64,000 nt of DNA, taken from positions 19,127-83,126 of the forward strand of contig JBGTEY010000003.1 of NCBI GenBank assembly GCA_041747555.1, in the 5' to 3' direction. Positions within the stretch are counted from its first letter, which is position 1, and every line of letters begins with the position of its first letter. A model generated the notes under the pieces. The model saw only the letters and a program-made list of their open reading frames with translations. It was not told the origin of the DNA and searched no databases. The stretch is from Patescibacteria group bacterium (GTDB lineage: Bacteria; Patescibacteriota; Microgenomatia; UBA1400; PJMF01). The position numbers and the translations under genes were made by a program. This document shows positions 49,478 to 60,200 of this stretch, piece after piece.

Positions 49478-51607
49478 ATGAAAAACTTCCTGCAATCACT
49501 ACCGTTTCCGTTTGGTAAAAAGAAAAAACCAGACGAGCCAGTTACAGACCAAGCTGCACTTGCGCAAAAGCAACAAGAGGAACAGCTTGAGAAACTGAAA
49601 GCGTTTTCGCGTGGTCTTGTAACTATTCAGGATATTATTGCGCCTGAAGCGATTGAGGTTGATTTTACGTTTCAAAAAATTAATTCAACATACTCACGCA
49701 CTCTGTTTGTAGCTGGGTATCCTCGAAGTGTGCCAGCAAACTGGTTGTCACCATTGATTAATTTTCCACATAAGTTAAACATTTCACTTTTTGTGTACCC
49801 AATGGACTCGGGAGAGATTCTTGATAATCTCAAGAGAAAAATTACTGAAATGGAGGCAGAAATACAATCTGATCTTCGTGCAGGGAAAATCAGCAACATT
49901 AATACCGAGGTACAACTCGAAGATGCGCGATTTATTCGAGAAGAACTCGCAAAGGGCTCTGAGCGATTCTTCCAATTTGGGCTCTACACAACCATTCAAG
50001 CAGATAGTCTTGAAATGCTCGATAAAATTACCAAAAATATTCAGTCAACGCTCGGCTCACTCCTCATTGTTTCCAAGAAAGCTACGCTACAAATGGATGA
50101 TGGGTTTAAAACCACCCTCCCCATGGGCACAGACAAACTTCTCGTGACCAGAAACATGGATACCACCTCATTAGCAACGACGTTTCCATTCACTTCATCA
50201 GAGTTAACCATGGAAACCGGTATCATGTATGGCATTAATGAACATAATGATTCTCTTGTAATTTTCGACAGATTTAAGATGGAAAATGCCAACATGGTCA
50301 TTTTTGCCAAGTCCGGTGCTGGAAAATCGTATACAGTGAAGCTCGAAATTCTCCGTCAACTCATGTTTGGTGTTGAAGTGTTAATTATGGACCCTGAACA
50401 CGAATACGAAGAACTATGCAGCGCTGTTGGCGGTTCATATATCAACTTCACTTTTAGTTCTGATACCAAAATTAATCCATTTGATCTCTCAAACCTCTAC
50501 GAAGAAGGTGAAAATGAACTTGGACAGAAAATCATCTCACTCCACGGTCTATTGAAGGTTATGCTGGGTGAAATGACCCCTCAACAAGACGCCATGCTTG
50601 ACCGAGCGCTCGTTGCTGCATACAAAGCTAAAGGCATCACCCCCGATCCTGCAACCCAAACGAACGAACCACCACTCATGGAAGATGTCTACAAATCACT
50701 CATAGGTATGGAGGATAGTGACGCTAACGACATCGCTGCTCGGCTAGAAAAATACATCACTGGTTCATTTAGAGGTATTTTTGACCAAAAATCTAACATA
50801 AACATTACAAGTCAACTAACGGTCTTCTCTGTCAAAGAAATGGAAGAAGAGATGCGCCCGATTGCAATGTATATTATTTTAGATTTCATCTGGACTCGAG
50901 TGAAGAAAGATCTTAAAAAACGCCTCTTAATCGTTGATGAAGCCTGGTACTTCATGAAACATAAAGATAGCGCTTCATTCCTACACTCCATGGTTAAGCG
51001 CGCAAGGAAATACTACCTCGGAATTACAACAATCACTCAGGATGTGGAAGACTTCTTGCATAATGACTACGGAAAAGCGATCGTAACTAACGCGTCCATT
51101 ATGTTTTTGATGAAGCAATCAACCGCATCCATCCCCATCTTAGCCGAAACGTTCTACCTATCTCAAGGTGAGCGACAACTTTTGGTGACTGCAGATATTG
51201 GAGAAGGTATTTTCTTCGCAGGTCAAAATCACGTCGCCCTCAGAGTAGTTTCTAGCGATGACGAACATGCAATTATTACCACCAATCCAGAAGAGCTTGT
51301 ACATAGAAAACGGATGAGAGCTGCTCAGGCACTCGCAAAAGTACAAGCTGCTACTCAAGAATCTTCAGACCAGAGCCAATCTCCCCAAACTTCACAAGCT
51401 ACCCGAGGCGTACTCGCTGGTAGTGCCCCCAACACACAGGCTGCCCCCGCGTCTCCAGGTGCAAAGCCTATACAAACTGGATTCACCTCACAAAATGACA
51501 GCAATAAAACAGCCACTCCACCAGCTAGCGGTAGCGCAGAAGCTCAAGCACAATACAAAGATCCAACCCAAATGTATAGCATTGATGATTATCAGCCTCC
51601 TCAATAA
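49478..51607 (+). CDS. VirB4-like T4SS ATPase
   Basis: TFPFTSSEL, NANMVIFAKSGAGKS (Walker A), MDPEHEY, INPFD, LIVDEAW (Walker B), KRARKY, ITQDVEDF. Confidence 0.9.
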   Translation: MKNFLQSLPFPFGKKKKPDEPVTDQAALAQKQQEEQLEKLKAFSRGLVTIQDIIAPEAIEVDFTFQKINSTYSRTLFVAGYPRSVPANWLSPLINFPHKLNISLFVYPMDSGEILDNLKRKITEMEAEIQSDLRAGKISNINTEVQLEDARFIREELAKGSERFFQFGLYTTIQADSLEMLDKITKNIQSTLGSLLIVSKKATLQMDDGFKTTLPMGTDKLLVTRNMDTTSLATTFPFTSSELTMETGIMYGINEHNDSLVIFDRFKMENANMVIFAKSGAGKSYTVKLEILRQLMFGVEVLIMDPEHEYEELCSAVGGSYINFTFSSDTKINPFDLSNLYEEGENELGQKIISLHGLLKVMLGEMTPQQDAMLDRALVAAYKAKGITPDPATQTNEPPLMEDVYKSLIGMEDSDANDIAARLEKYITGSFRGIFDQKSNINITSQLTVFSVKEMEEEMRPIAMYIILDFIWTRVKKDLKKRLLIVDEAWYFMKHKDSASFLHSMVKRARKYYLGITTITQDVEDFLHNDYGKAIVTNASIMFLMKQSTASIPILAETFYLSQGERQLLVTADIGEGIFFAGQNHVALRVVSSDDEHAIITTNPEELVHRKRMRAAQALAKVQAATQESSDQSQSPQTSQATRGVLAGSAPNTQAAPASPGAKPIQTGFTSQNDSNKTATPPASGSAEAQAQYKDPTQMYSIDDYQPPQ

Positions 51608-51676
51608 TTTACAGTGAATTTGAGCGTAGAGGCGATTCATCAACTACTCGACCAACAAGCTGATATACCAATTCTT

Positions 51677-51714
51677 TTACCCACTTGTCAACTGTGGAAA
51701 ACTTTGTGTATAAC
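51677..51714 (+). promoter_or_regulatory. Putative dnaA promoter overlapped by DnaA boxes
   Basis: TTGTCA(51685)-18-TATAAC(51709); box-like TGTGGAAAA (51693), TGTGTATAA (51705), TTACCCACT (51677). Confidence 0.6.
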
Positions 51715-51798
51715 ATGAATACTTTCCTGTCCGCCCCGTCAGTAGTTGTGAGTTCGCGTCAAAACTCATGAGAGTAGTATCTTTTATTAAAAGTACAT

Positions 51799-53337
51799 AT
51801 GCAGGTTTTGAGTGATCAAGAGGTGAAAAAGGCATGGCAGCAGGCGTGTGCTATTTTACAACTACAACTTTCTCCCGCTGTTTTTAATACTTGGATTATT
51901 GCAAATCCTCTCACCCAACTAGCATATGTCGATGCAGAAAATGCTCGCGCAACTATCACGAGCCCAACAGCCTTCCACTCAACAAACCTCAAAAAAAATC
52001 TCCATTTACAAATAAAACAAGCGGTTGACCGAGTCGCACAACGTAGCACACAAATTGAATACAGAGTCGGATCTCCAAAAAGCACCACCAGCACCACACC
52101 AAGTCAATCTTCACGCTCGTTTACATCTGTTCAAGATACGTTAACACCTCAGGGTTTTACTCCAAATCACGATTCTTTCACTCCCCCAATTGATTTCAAA
52201 CCTTCCAATCATGCTCCCCAATCACCAAGGGCAGAAGATTTATTCTCTCCAGAAACCATGCAATCAGCTGCTACCGATCGCATCGAAGCAAAAGCTCGTG
52301 GAATTGGATTAAGAACTGACTACACTTTCGAAACCTTTGCGGTCTCTACCACTAATGAAATGGCCCACGCCGCTGCAACAGCCGTCTCAAATAGGCCAGG
52401 CCTCTCATACAATCCTCTCTTCCTCTATGGGGGCGTAGGAGTAGGTAAAACCCACCTCATGCAAGCAATTGGTAACAACATCCTTGCGGGAAATCCCAAC
52501 ACGAAATTACTCTACTGTACGGGCGAAGAATTTACGAATGAAATTGTAAATGCTATTCGCACCAAACAAGCAAATATTTTTAAAAACAAATACAGAGGTG
52601 TTCAAGTCCTCCTCCTTGATGATGTACAGTTTCTAGCAGGAAAAAATGCCGTTCAAGAGGAATTTTTTCATACATTTAATGCACTTACTAAGCAACAAAG
52701 TCAGATTGTCCTTACTTCAGATCGTCCACCCCATGAAATTATGCTCCTAGAAGATAGACTGAGATCAAGATTTGAAGCAGGTCTTATGATTGACATCCAA
52801 CAACCGTCTTTTGAGTTGCGAACCGCAATTTTACTAGTGAAAGCAAGCGCAGCTCAGGTGCCAATTCCTATTGAATTAGCGAAAACTATAGCTTCAAAAG
52901 TAGAAAGTGCTCGAAAAATAGAAGGAATAATTACTAGTATCCGCTCAGAAGTTGAATTAAAAAATAGAGAAATCGACGCACAGCTCGTTGATGACATCCT
53001 CAAGGTGGAGATAGAAAACAGACGGCCGACAATTTCCGCCTCCCCCGCCGATGTCATCAAAACAGTCGCCAACCACTATAAGCTCAAACAAACATCAATT
53101 AAAGGAAAAAAAAGAGTCAAAGAACTTGTTATAGCACGACATATCGCTATGTTTTTACTAAAAGAAGAGTTATCTCTCTCACTCGTTGAAATTGGTAAAT
53201 GGTTTTCTGGAAGAGATCATACCTCAGTCCTCCACGCGGTAAATAAAATCAAAAAAAGTGTTTCGAGTGACGACAGAATTAGACAAGATGTCTCTGCGCT
53301 AAGAACAACATTAGCTGCTTCTTCCCCGAGTGTATAG
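51799..53337 (+). CDS. dnaA: Chromosomal replication initiator DnaA
   Basis: FNTWI domain I, YTFETF, YNPLFLYGGVGVGKTHL, LLDDVQF, QEEFFHTFN, RLRSRF, GRDHTSVLHA. Confidence 0.98.
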   Translation: MQVLSDQEVKKAWQQACAILQLQLSPAVFNTWIIANPLTQLAYVDAENARATITSPTAFHSTNLKKNLHLQIKQAVDRVAQRSTQIEYRVGSPKSTTSTTPSQSSRSFTSVQDTLTPQGFTPNHDSFTPPIDFKPSNHAPQSPRAEDLFSPETMQSAATDRIEAKARGIGLRTDYTFETFAVSTTNEMAHAAATAVSNRPGLSYNPLFLYGGVGVGKTHLMQAIGNNILAGNPNTKLLYCTGEEFTNEIVNAIRTKQANIFKNKYRGVQVLLLDDVQFLAGKNAVQEEFFHTFNALTKQQSQIVLTSDRPPHEIMLLEDRLRSRFEAGLMIDIQQPSFELRTAILLVKASAAQVPIPIELAKTIASKVESARKIEGIITSIRSEVELKNREIDAQLVDDILKVEIENRRPTISASPADVIKTVANHYKLKQTSIKGKKRVKELVIARHIAMFLLKEELSLSLVEIGKWFSGRDHTSVLHAVNKIKKSVSSDDRIRQDVSALRTTLAASSPSV

Positions 53338-53666
53338 AATTAATGAAAAAAGTTTACTACAAAAAACCAAAAAAACCCGTTTTTATTCACAATTGTGGAA
53401 AAGTCCGTGGATTACCATGTGAATTGATTGGTGATATCTGGGGATTACTTCAGCTCATTGTGAAGAACAGCAAAATGTTTCCACCATGTATGCACAGATC
53501 TACACAACAGTTCTTCACAATGATCCTTGACCAATTTTCACACTTATTCAACAGTAAAAACACTCTAAAAATCTCAAGTAATAGTCCGTTTTATTCACAT
53601 AGTTAGTGTGACCTACTATTAAAACTACTATATTTCTATATTATGTAATTAGTTAATAGAAGCCGT
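53338..53666. other. Replication origin (oriC) in the dnaA-dnaN intergenic region
   Basis: Cluster of DnaA-box-like 9-mers (TTATTCACA 53383 and 53591, TGTGGAAAA 53394, TTCTTCACA 53511, others), then CCTACTATTAAAACTACTA trio-like tract (53612) and an AT-rich stretch. Confidence 0.82.
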
Positions 53667-54776
53667 ATGAAAATCTCACTTTTACAAGAAAACTTCAATC
53701 AAGCACTTACCTACCTTCAAAAGGCAATTCCTTCAAAGCCTCAGTTACCAATTTTATCTTCTGTATTAATTACCGTTCAAGATCTTGAATGCACGATTGC
53801 AGCAACTGATTTATATTTTGGGGTTAAAACAACACTTCAAGCCGACAGCACTGAGTCTGGAACAATTGTTGTCCCAGGGAAAGAATTGAGAGAAATCATT
53901 TCTTCTCTCCCCGCAGGACCTGTATCGCTTATATACAAAGACGGTACCGTTACGGTCAAAAATGAAACCACCACCGCCACACTTCAATGTCATTCGAGTG
54001 ATGACTATCCTCCTTTTCCTCAGATTGAAGTTGATTCGGAGGAGGTTTCTGCAGAAACTTTAGAGAAAATTGATACATTCGTGAGTTTTAGTGCATCAAC
54101 TGATCAGGCGAGGCCAGTTCTAACATCAATTCTTTTGCAAGCCAATGAAAAACGGGTAACTGCCGTAAGTACTGATGGATTCAGATTGTCAAAATTAGAT
54201 CTGGAGAACACTTCATTGAGTCAAGCGGATACTGTTTTAATTCCCGCACAATCTTTAAGTGAGGTATATCGAATCATTAAGCAAGTTGGTGCAAAAACAA
54301 TCAAATGGGCAGTTTCGAGCGAGCTCAAACAGGTTCTCTTTACTATTGACGACACTGAGGTGTACGTAAGAATGATTGAAGGAGAATTTCCTCCGTATGA
54401 AAAAATAATTCCCACTACATTTGAGACTGAGGTTGTATTTAATACTCAAGAATTGGTTGACAATCTTAAAAGATCACTGATTTTTGCTCGAGATGCATCA
54501 AATATTGTTAGATTTACATTTAAAGATCAAAAAGTTATTCTCTCTGCAACATCCCCTTCTATCGGGAAATTTGAGGGCGAACTCCCCGTAGCTACAATTA
54601 TAGGAAAAGAAAATGAAATTGCATTCAATGCGCGGTATGTACTTGATTATCTATCGGTAGTTCTAAGTGATGAAGTTACGTTAAAAATGTTAGAAAGTCT
54701 TAAGCCCGCCCTTTTTTCTTCATCAGAAGTTCCTGGTCACCAATATGTGGTGATGCCGTTTAAGATTCACGGTTAA
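53667..54776 (+). CDS. dnaN: DNA polymerase III beta sliding clamp
   Basis: LPILSSV, ATDL, RPVLTSI, STDGFRL, IEGEFPPYEKIIP, IAFNARY, VVMP. Confidence 0.97.
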   Translation: MKISLLQENFNQALTYLQKAIPSKPQLPILSSVLITVQDLECTIAATDLYFGVKTTLQADSTESGTIVVPGKELREIISSLPAGPVSLIYKDGTVTVKNETTTATLQCHSSDDYPPFPQIEVDSEEVSAETLEKIDTFVSFSASTDQARPVLTSILLQANEKRVTAVSTDGFRLSKLDLENTSLSQADTVLIPAQSLSEVYRIIKQVGAKTIKWAVSSELKQVLFTIDDTEVYVRMIEGEFPPYEKIIPTTFETEVVFNTQELVDNLKRSLIFARDASNIVRFTFKDQKVILSATSPSIGKFEGELPVATIIGKENEIAFNARYVLDYLSVVLSDEVTLKMLESLKPALFSSSEVPGHQYVVMPFKIHG

Positions 54777-54824
54777 AATTCAGACACTTTCTCCTCTGTG
54801 GGTTCGTGATATAATGCCTACCTT

Positions 54825-54980
54825 ATGCCACAAAGAACATGGAAACCAAAAAAGAGAAAACGTGCTCGAACGCATGGTTTTTTGAACAGAAATAACTCTG
54901 TAACCGGAAAAAAATTGCTTAAGCGAAGACGATCAAAAGGGAGAAAAAGCCTTGCGGTCAGTCCAAAGCACAAGCGATAA
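54825..54980 (+). CDS. rpmH: 50S ribosomal protein L34 (not in the ORF track)
   Basis: Manual translation MPQRTWKPKKRKRARTHGFLNRNNSVTGKKLLKRRRSKGRKSLAVSPKHKR; TGa-TATAAT 9 nt upstream. Confidence 0.95.
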   Translation: MPQRTWKPKKRKRARTHGFLNRNNSVTGKKLLKRRRSKGRKSLAVSPKHKR

Positions 54981-54982
54981 TT

Positions 54983-55318
54983 ATGTTTCCAAAACAGGTT
55001 AAGTTGTCACTAAAGAATCAAACAGATCTTTTTTTAACAGCAAAAAAGAAGCATACTTCGATTTTTACAATACTGCATCAATTGAGTGAAAATCCTGGGG
55101 TAGCAGTTATTGTTAGTAAAAAAATTTCTACAAAAGCAGTCGACAGGAATCTCGTCAAGAGACGTGTTTTTGCCGCAATTACTTCAAGGGCTGATGAAAT
55201 ACTCGAAAAAAAGTACGCATTAGTGATACGCTGTAAGCCAGCGATAGCAACAACTCCTTATTTAGAAATTAAGCAGCAACTAAATACGAAACTTAATGAA
55301 ATATTCTCTCCTCATTAA
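54983..55318 (+). CDS. rnpA: Ribonuclease P protein component
   Basis: VIVSKKISTKAVDRNLVKRR (RNR motif); follows rpmH. Confidence 0.9.
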   Translation: MFPKQVKLSLKNQTDLFLTAKKKHTSIFTILHQLSENPGVAVIVSKKISTKAVDRNLVKRRVFAAITSRADEILEKKYALVIRCKPAIATTPYLEIKQQLNTKLNEIFSPH

Positions 55319-55493
55319 CACATATCAAGTAATTCGAAGCATTCGATATCAGATTCTTCACTCTGTATTTGGTGTTGTGAGTCATTGTAAGCACACCCCA
55401 ACTTGTGGAACGGTATTTATTTATACAACTCAAAAACAGGGGGTTTTGCAGGGTATGAAGGCTGGCATGATTCAACTCGTGCGGTGTATGTAG
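55296..55493 (+). CDS. yidD: YidD-like membrane protein insertion efficiency factor (short)
   Basis: CKHTPTC...GVLQG...RC; position between rnpA and yidC. Confidence 0.72.
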   Translation: MKYSLLINTYQVIRSIRYQILHSVFGVVSHCKHTPTCGTVFIYTTQKQGVLQGMKAGMIQLVRCM

Positions 55494-55506
55494 TTTTAGG
55501 AAAAAT

Positions 55507-56265
55507 ATGGAAGCAATTACAGGCGCAATTTTATTGGTTTTGGGATATTTGTATTCTGTTACCGGTAGTTTAGGATTTGCTATATTGGTGTTTACTGCGA
55601 TAGTTCGCACTATTTTACTTCCCCTTACTATTCCCGCACTTAAAGTTAGTTCGAAAATGAAGGAGATTCAACCTGAATTAAAGGGTTTGAAAAAAAAGTT
55701 TAAAGACGATAAAGAGGGTTTGCAAAAAGCTCAACTCGAGCTCTATAAAAAATATAATGTCAATCCGCTTGGTGGTTGCTTACCACAACTCATTCAGCTT
55801 GGTGTGGTAATCGTTTTATATCAAGCTTTAATAGCGTTTCTTCATGACCCACTCGTTGATGGAATATTAGTTGATACTAGCTTTTATTGGCTTGATTTAG
55901 CAAAGCCAGATCCTCGTTATATTCTTCCATTTTTAGCGGCGGGATCACAATTGATTCTTTCTCTAATGATCGCACCAGGTGCCGAAACAAGTGATATTGT
56001 TCCAAATAAATCAAAATCCAAGAAAATTCAAAAGGCGAATGAAAAAGAAGAGGATGTCGCAGAAATGGCATCATCCATGCAGCAGCAAATGCTTTATATC
56101 ATGCCAGTTATGACCGGTATCATTGCGGTGCAGTTTCCTTCTGGTTTAGCCCTCTACTGGGTGGCAACAACGATTTTTAGCATTGGTCAGCAGTATTATC
56201 TTTCTGGCCCAGGCGGCCTTGTAACATATTATCAGCGCGCAGTAGCATTTATACAAAAAAAATAA
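55507..56265 (+). CDS. yidC: Membrane protein insertase YidC (short form without periplasmic domain)
   Basis: GFAILVFTAIVRTILLPL, ELYKKYNVNPLGGCLP, FYWLDL..PD, PSGLALYW. Confidence 0.95.
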   Translation: MEAITGAILLVLGYLYSVTGSLGFAILVFTAIVRTILLPLTIPALKVSSKMKEIQPELKGLKKKFKDDKEGLQKAQLELYKKYNVNPLGGCLPQLIQLGVVIVLYQALIAFLHDPLVDGILVDTSFYWLDLAKPDPRYILPFLAAGSQLILSLMIAPGAETSDIVPNKSKSKKIQKANEKEEDVAEMASSMQQQMLYIMPVMTGIIAVQFPSGLALYWVATTIFSIGQQYYLSGPGGLVTYYQRAVAFIQKK

Positions 56266-56274
56266 GGAGTAAGT

Positions 56275-56739
56275 ATGACAGTTGATACGTTTATTTCACA
56301 ACTTTGTGAGCATTGTGGGTTATCGGTAGATGATGTCTCGATCGAGATCAATGAGACTGATGATAAAATCATTGCCCAAATCCAGTTACCAGAAGAAGAA
56401 TCTGGTTTATTCATCGGGTATCACGGGGAAACACTAGATGCGTTACAGCGAATTGTACGATTGGTATTCTTTAGAACCCATCCAGATAAAAAAATTATCG
56501 TCAATATTAACGAATATCGAGAAGATCGAGAGGAAAAGCTGCGCGAAATGGTGAAAAGTATTGGTGAGCGAGTTTTGGAATCTGGTCAATCATACACATT
56601 TAATTCATTTTTACCCGCAAATGAGAGATATATTATTCACTCAACACTCTCTGAAGATGAATCCTTAGAGGGTTTGGAAAGTATCTCAGAGGGAGATAGA
56701 AAAGATCGTCGACTAACAATTCGAGTAAAATCGGAATAA
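56275..56739 (+). CDS. jag: Jag/EloR-like KH plus R3H RNA-binding protein
   Basis: LFIGYHGETLDALQ (KH), ERYIIH (R3H), SISEG..DRR; follows yidC. Confidence 0.85.
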   Translation: MTVDTFISQLCEHCGLSVDDVSIEINETDDKIIAQIQLPEEESGLFIGYHGETLDALQRIVRLVFFRTHPDKKIIVNINEYREDREEKLREMVKSIGERVLESGQSYTFNSFLPANERYIIHSTLSEDESLEGLESISEGDRKDRRLTIRVKSE

Positions 56740-56741
56740 AT

Positions 56742-57155
56742 ATGGGAATTCGTATTTTTACTGATGGTGGTTCTCGGGGAAATCCTGGACCTGCGGCAAT
56801 AGGTGGAGTTATTTTCCTTGATCAATCAATTGTGCATGAATTCTCAGAATATATCGGTGTTGGGACAAATAATGAAGCGGAATATCAGGCTATAAAATCC
56901 GCACTTCAGTGGCTTAACTCCAATAATCAGGAGGACGCGGATAAAATTGAGTGCTATTTAGACTCAAAATTAGTTGTAGAACAACTTTCTCGAAACTGGA
57001 AAATCAAAGAACCTCGAATGAAGGTATTAGCTGATGATTGTTGGAAGATTGTTGATTTGATTTCACTTCCTGTAACATTCCATCATATTCCTAGGGAACA
57101 AAATTCTGAGGCAGATGCCTTGGTCAACCAAGCATTGGATGTCGCTCTGAAGTAG
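56742..57155 (+). CDS. rnhA: Ribonuclease HI
   Basis: TDGGSRGNPGPAA, TNNEAEY, DSKLVVEQ, REQNSEADALVN. Confidence 0.92.
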   Translation: MGIRIFTDGGSRGNPGPAAIGGVIFLDQSIVHEFSEYIGVGTNNEAEYQAIKSALQWLNSNNQEDADKIECYLDSKLVVEQLSRNWKIKEPRMKVLADDCWKIVDLISLPVTFHHIPREQNSEADALVNQALDVALK

Positions 57156-57207
57156 TCTCGAACTCTGTCCCCTTCCACAGACGTGATTTTTTCCCTAAAA
57201 TAACAGT

Positions 57208-60200
57208 GTGACGAAACAACTCATTACCGAACTAACTCAGGACGAACCACTCGTGGTCGTGATCGGTGAAAATAGTGGTTTGAGAGACCAACTCCTTGTA
57301 GACATTCAGGGGGCACATGTTCAATCACAGACACTATTGCCTGAATTCATCCCCAAAAACCATTCAATGCTCTTGAGTGCATATAAAATCGTTTGGATAC
57401 TCAGCCCAACAACATCGGTGAGCGAAATTGAGCAAATTGGATCCTTACTAAAACTTGCACAAGAGCGACTAGTTGTAGTAATGCCGATTCTTCATCCTTT
57501 TGTGGTGGAAAATTCAGTTGGTTTTGAAGAATTTCATAAAGAGACGCAGCTTCAAGAGCAACAGATTCGAGCGTGCAATAAAGTTTTATCAGATTCGTTT
57601 TTTATTTTTGGACTTGAATTACTGGGGAGTAGAGTTGGTCGATCCGTCATACCTCACTTAGTTGGGGTACTATCGACACGCCAGCTGGTGTTCAACCCAA
57701 AATTACAAATAGGGGTGCTTTCTGAAGAAATATTTTCAAGGCAAATTGTCACCCACATGTTTCGGCCTGGCGCAAAACAGAGTATTTTAGTTGGCGCATT
57801 TGAGGCTAATACAACTACATCTCTTGATGAAATTGCGAATCATTATCAGTCTTATCATCAAAAACCAGTTAGGATCGAAGTATTAGCAACAACGCAAGAA
57901 AAAATTATCCCTTTCACGGTAAAAAAAATATCTGTTGCTACTAGCTCAGAGGCACTTTCTAGTTTTACCCGATCACTCCCCTCCCCTCAGGACGAAAAAA
58001 ATACACCCGTTGTGCTTGCAAAATCAGATGAAAAGACAGAGGGTGTCTCATCATCAACGCCCTCAGTACCTAATGTGACTATCGCGACTCCAGTCATTAC
58101 TTCACCCAATTCCCCCACACTTCCTCAAGTAAAATCAGATAGTCTAAAAGTTCCATCACAAGAATCACATAGTCTTGAAGAAATTTTAAATACAAAAAGA
58201 CCTACATCAAGACCATTTCAGGCAAAAAGTAACAAAATAGAATTGTCTCAAGAGGATAAAACAATCCAGCGCTCCCCAGCACAAACCTCCAATTCAACCA
58301 TCTCAAAAGAAGATTTAACGCGTGAAGTGCAGCAAATTTTTGGTGCTCAACGCGTGGAGAAGAAAACATCAAGAATACAATCGGTGGCTAAAAAGGAAGG
58401 TAAACAAGTTAAAAAATCCAAACGCCGAACAGTTTTGTTTTATGGCGGAGTGTTCGTGTTTGGTGTGGGGTTGGGTATATTGGCACTTATCGGCTTATTT
58501 TTCGGATCGCAGTGGCACTTGAAAAACACGCTTATTTCAGTGATTGAAGCTCAGGGGCAGCAGCGTGAAGCTACTTCAGATGAGTGGGTTAGTGTTGAGC
58601 GCGCAACCAAAATCGTTGCGTTTCAGACAGAAAGTTATGGAGTACTTTTTGATAGTGAGCTTCTTAGTAATTCAACAACGCTTCTTACGTTCTCAAATAA
58701 TTTGTTTGCGACTCGCGATTTACACACGAGAGTTGAATCTAACGCAAAACAGGCATTTCTGGGTGTGTTTGGTGGAACCACAAGCAATACTGGGTTGCTT
58801 GCCGAAAACATAGCCACTGAGGCTCGCAAAACCTATGAAAACATCTCCCAAATCCAAGCCACATTGGAACAAATTGAGTTAACGAGTTCTACAGAAACAC
58901 AACTTGCAGCGATTGAAGAATTTGAGAAACAAATTGTTTCACTAAGAAAGTCGCTTGCAGTTCAGCAGCAGTTTTTACCAATAGTGGGTTGGCTATCAGG
59001 GGAACAAGGGAAAAAAACGTACGCAGTACTCCTCCAAAATAACCAAGAACTCCGCCCTACCGGAGGATTTATTCAAGCAGTTGCCTTACTTACGTTTCAG
59101 GACGGCACACTGATAAATTCTCAAGTATTTAGTGCAAATGACATTGATTCTCGAGTAGCTGGCCTACTCACTCCACCTAACGATCTCACTACTCACCTCG
59201 GTGAAAAGCGGTGGTTTTTTCGCGATAGTAATTGGGATCCTGATTTTCCAACAACTGCAGCGACCGTGGCATGGTTTATTGACGAGGCGCTGAATGTAGA
59301 AATAGATGGGGTTGTCGGACTAAATAACAATTCTCTTGCGAGCTTAATTCGTGCGATAGGCCCTATTGATATTCCTGAATACAACGAGGTGCTAACGCAC
59401 CAAAACTTAGGTGAACTCATGGAATTCCATTCTGAGGTGGTATTGGTTAACCAAGATCGAGTTGAAGATTATTCAACAATTGTTTTAAAACGAGTCATAC
59501 AGCAATTAACCTCACTTCCAGAAAATAAAGCTTTACCAACTATGAATGCTCTCTTCTCTGCCCTAGAACAACACGAATTGCTCTTTACGCTCGTTAGTGA
59601 TGAATATGATTCGACGCTAGAAACACTCGGGTGGAATGGTTCTCTTAAACATCCAGAGTGTCCTCCACAATTAGGAAATGAAAATTGTTTGGTCGACATG
59701 ATCGCTCAAATTGATACCAATATTGGGGTAAATAAAGCCAATTATTATGTTGAGAGAACAATTGTTCATGATGTATTTATTACCAAAGACGTTGCACAAC
59801 ATTCTCGAGAAATAGTAATTGAGAATACTGCAGACTCTAGCGCGTGGCCTAAGGGCCCATATCAGGCTTATATCCGCTTCTATGCGTCCAGCAATGCACA
59901 ACTAGATTCATTGACAATAAATGGCATTTCTGTGGCCGACGAGGTTATAACTCAGCGAGATGAACATGGGTTCAGACTCATAGGAACCACAATTGAGGTT
60001 CCGATTCAGTCTGAGATTATCCTCTCCCTCAAGTATCATGTGCCGATTACGCTTGAGGATGCGTCATCATTTGCTTATGCACTCTTTGAGCAAAAACAAC
60101 CTGGTTGGCAAAAATCAGCGGTGGTGACTCGGATTTCACATGATCCAAGTATTACACCGGTCTTAATCGCTCCTCAGGCATCAGTCTCTGGAGATCAAAT

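Noticed and set aside
53343-53606. 87-aa ORF between dnaA and dnaN
   Set aside because: It overlies the DnaA-box cluster of oriC and has no protein-like features
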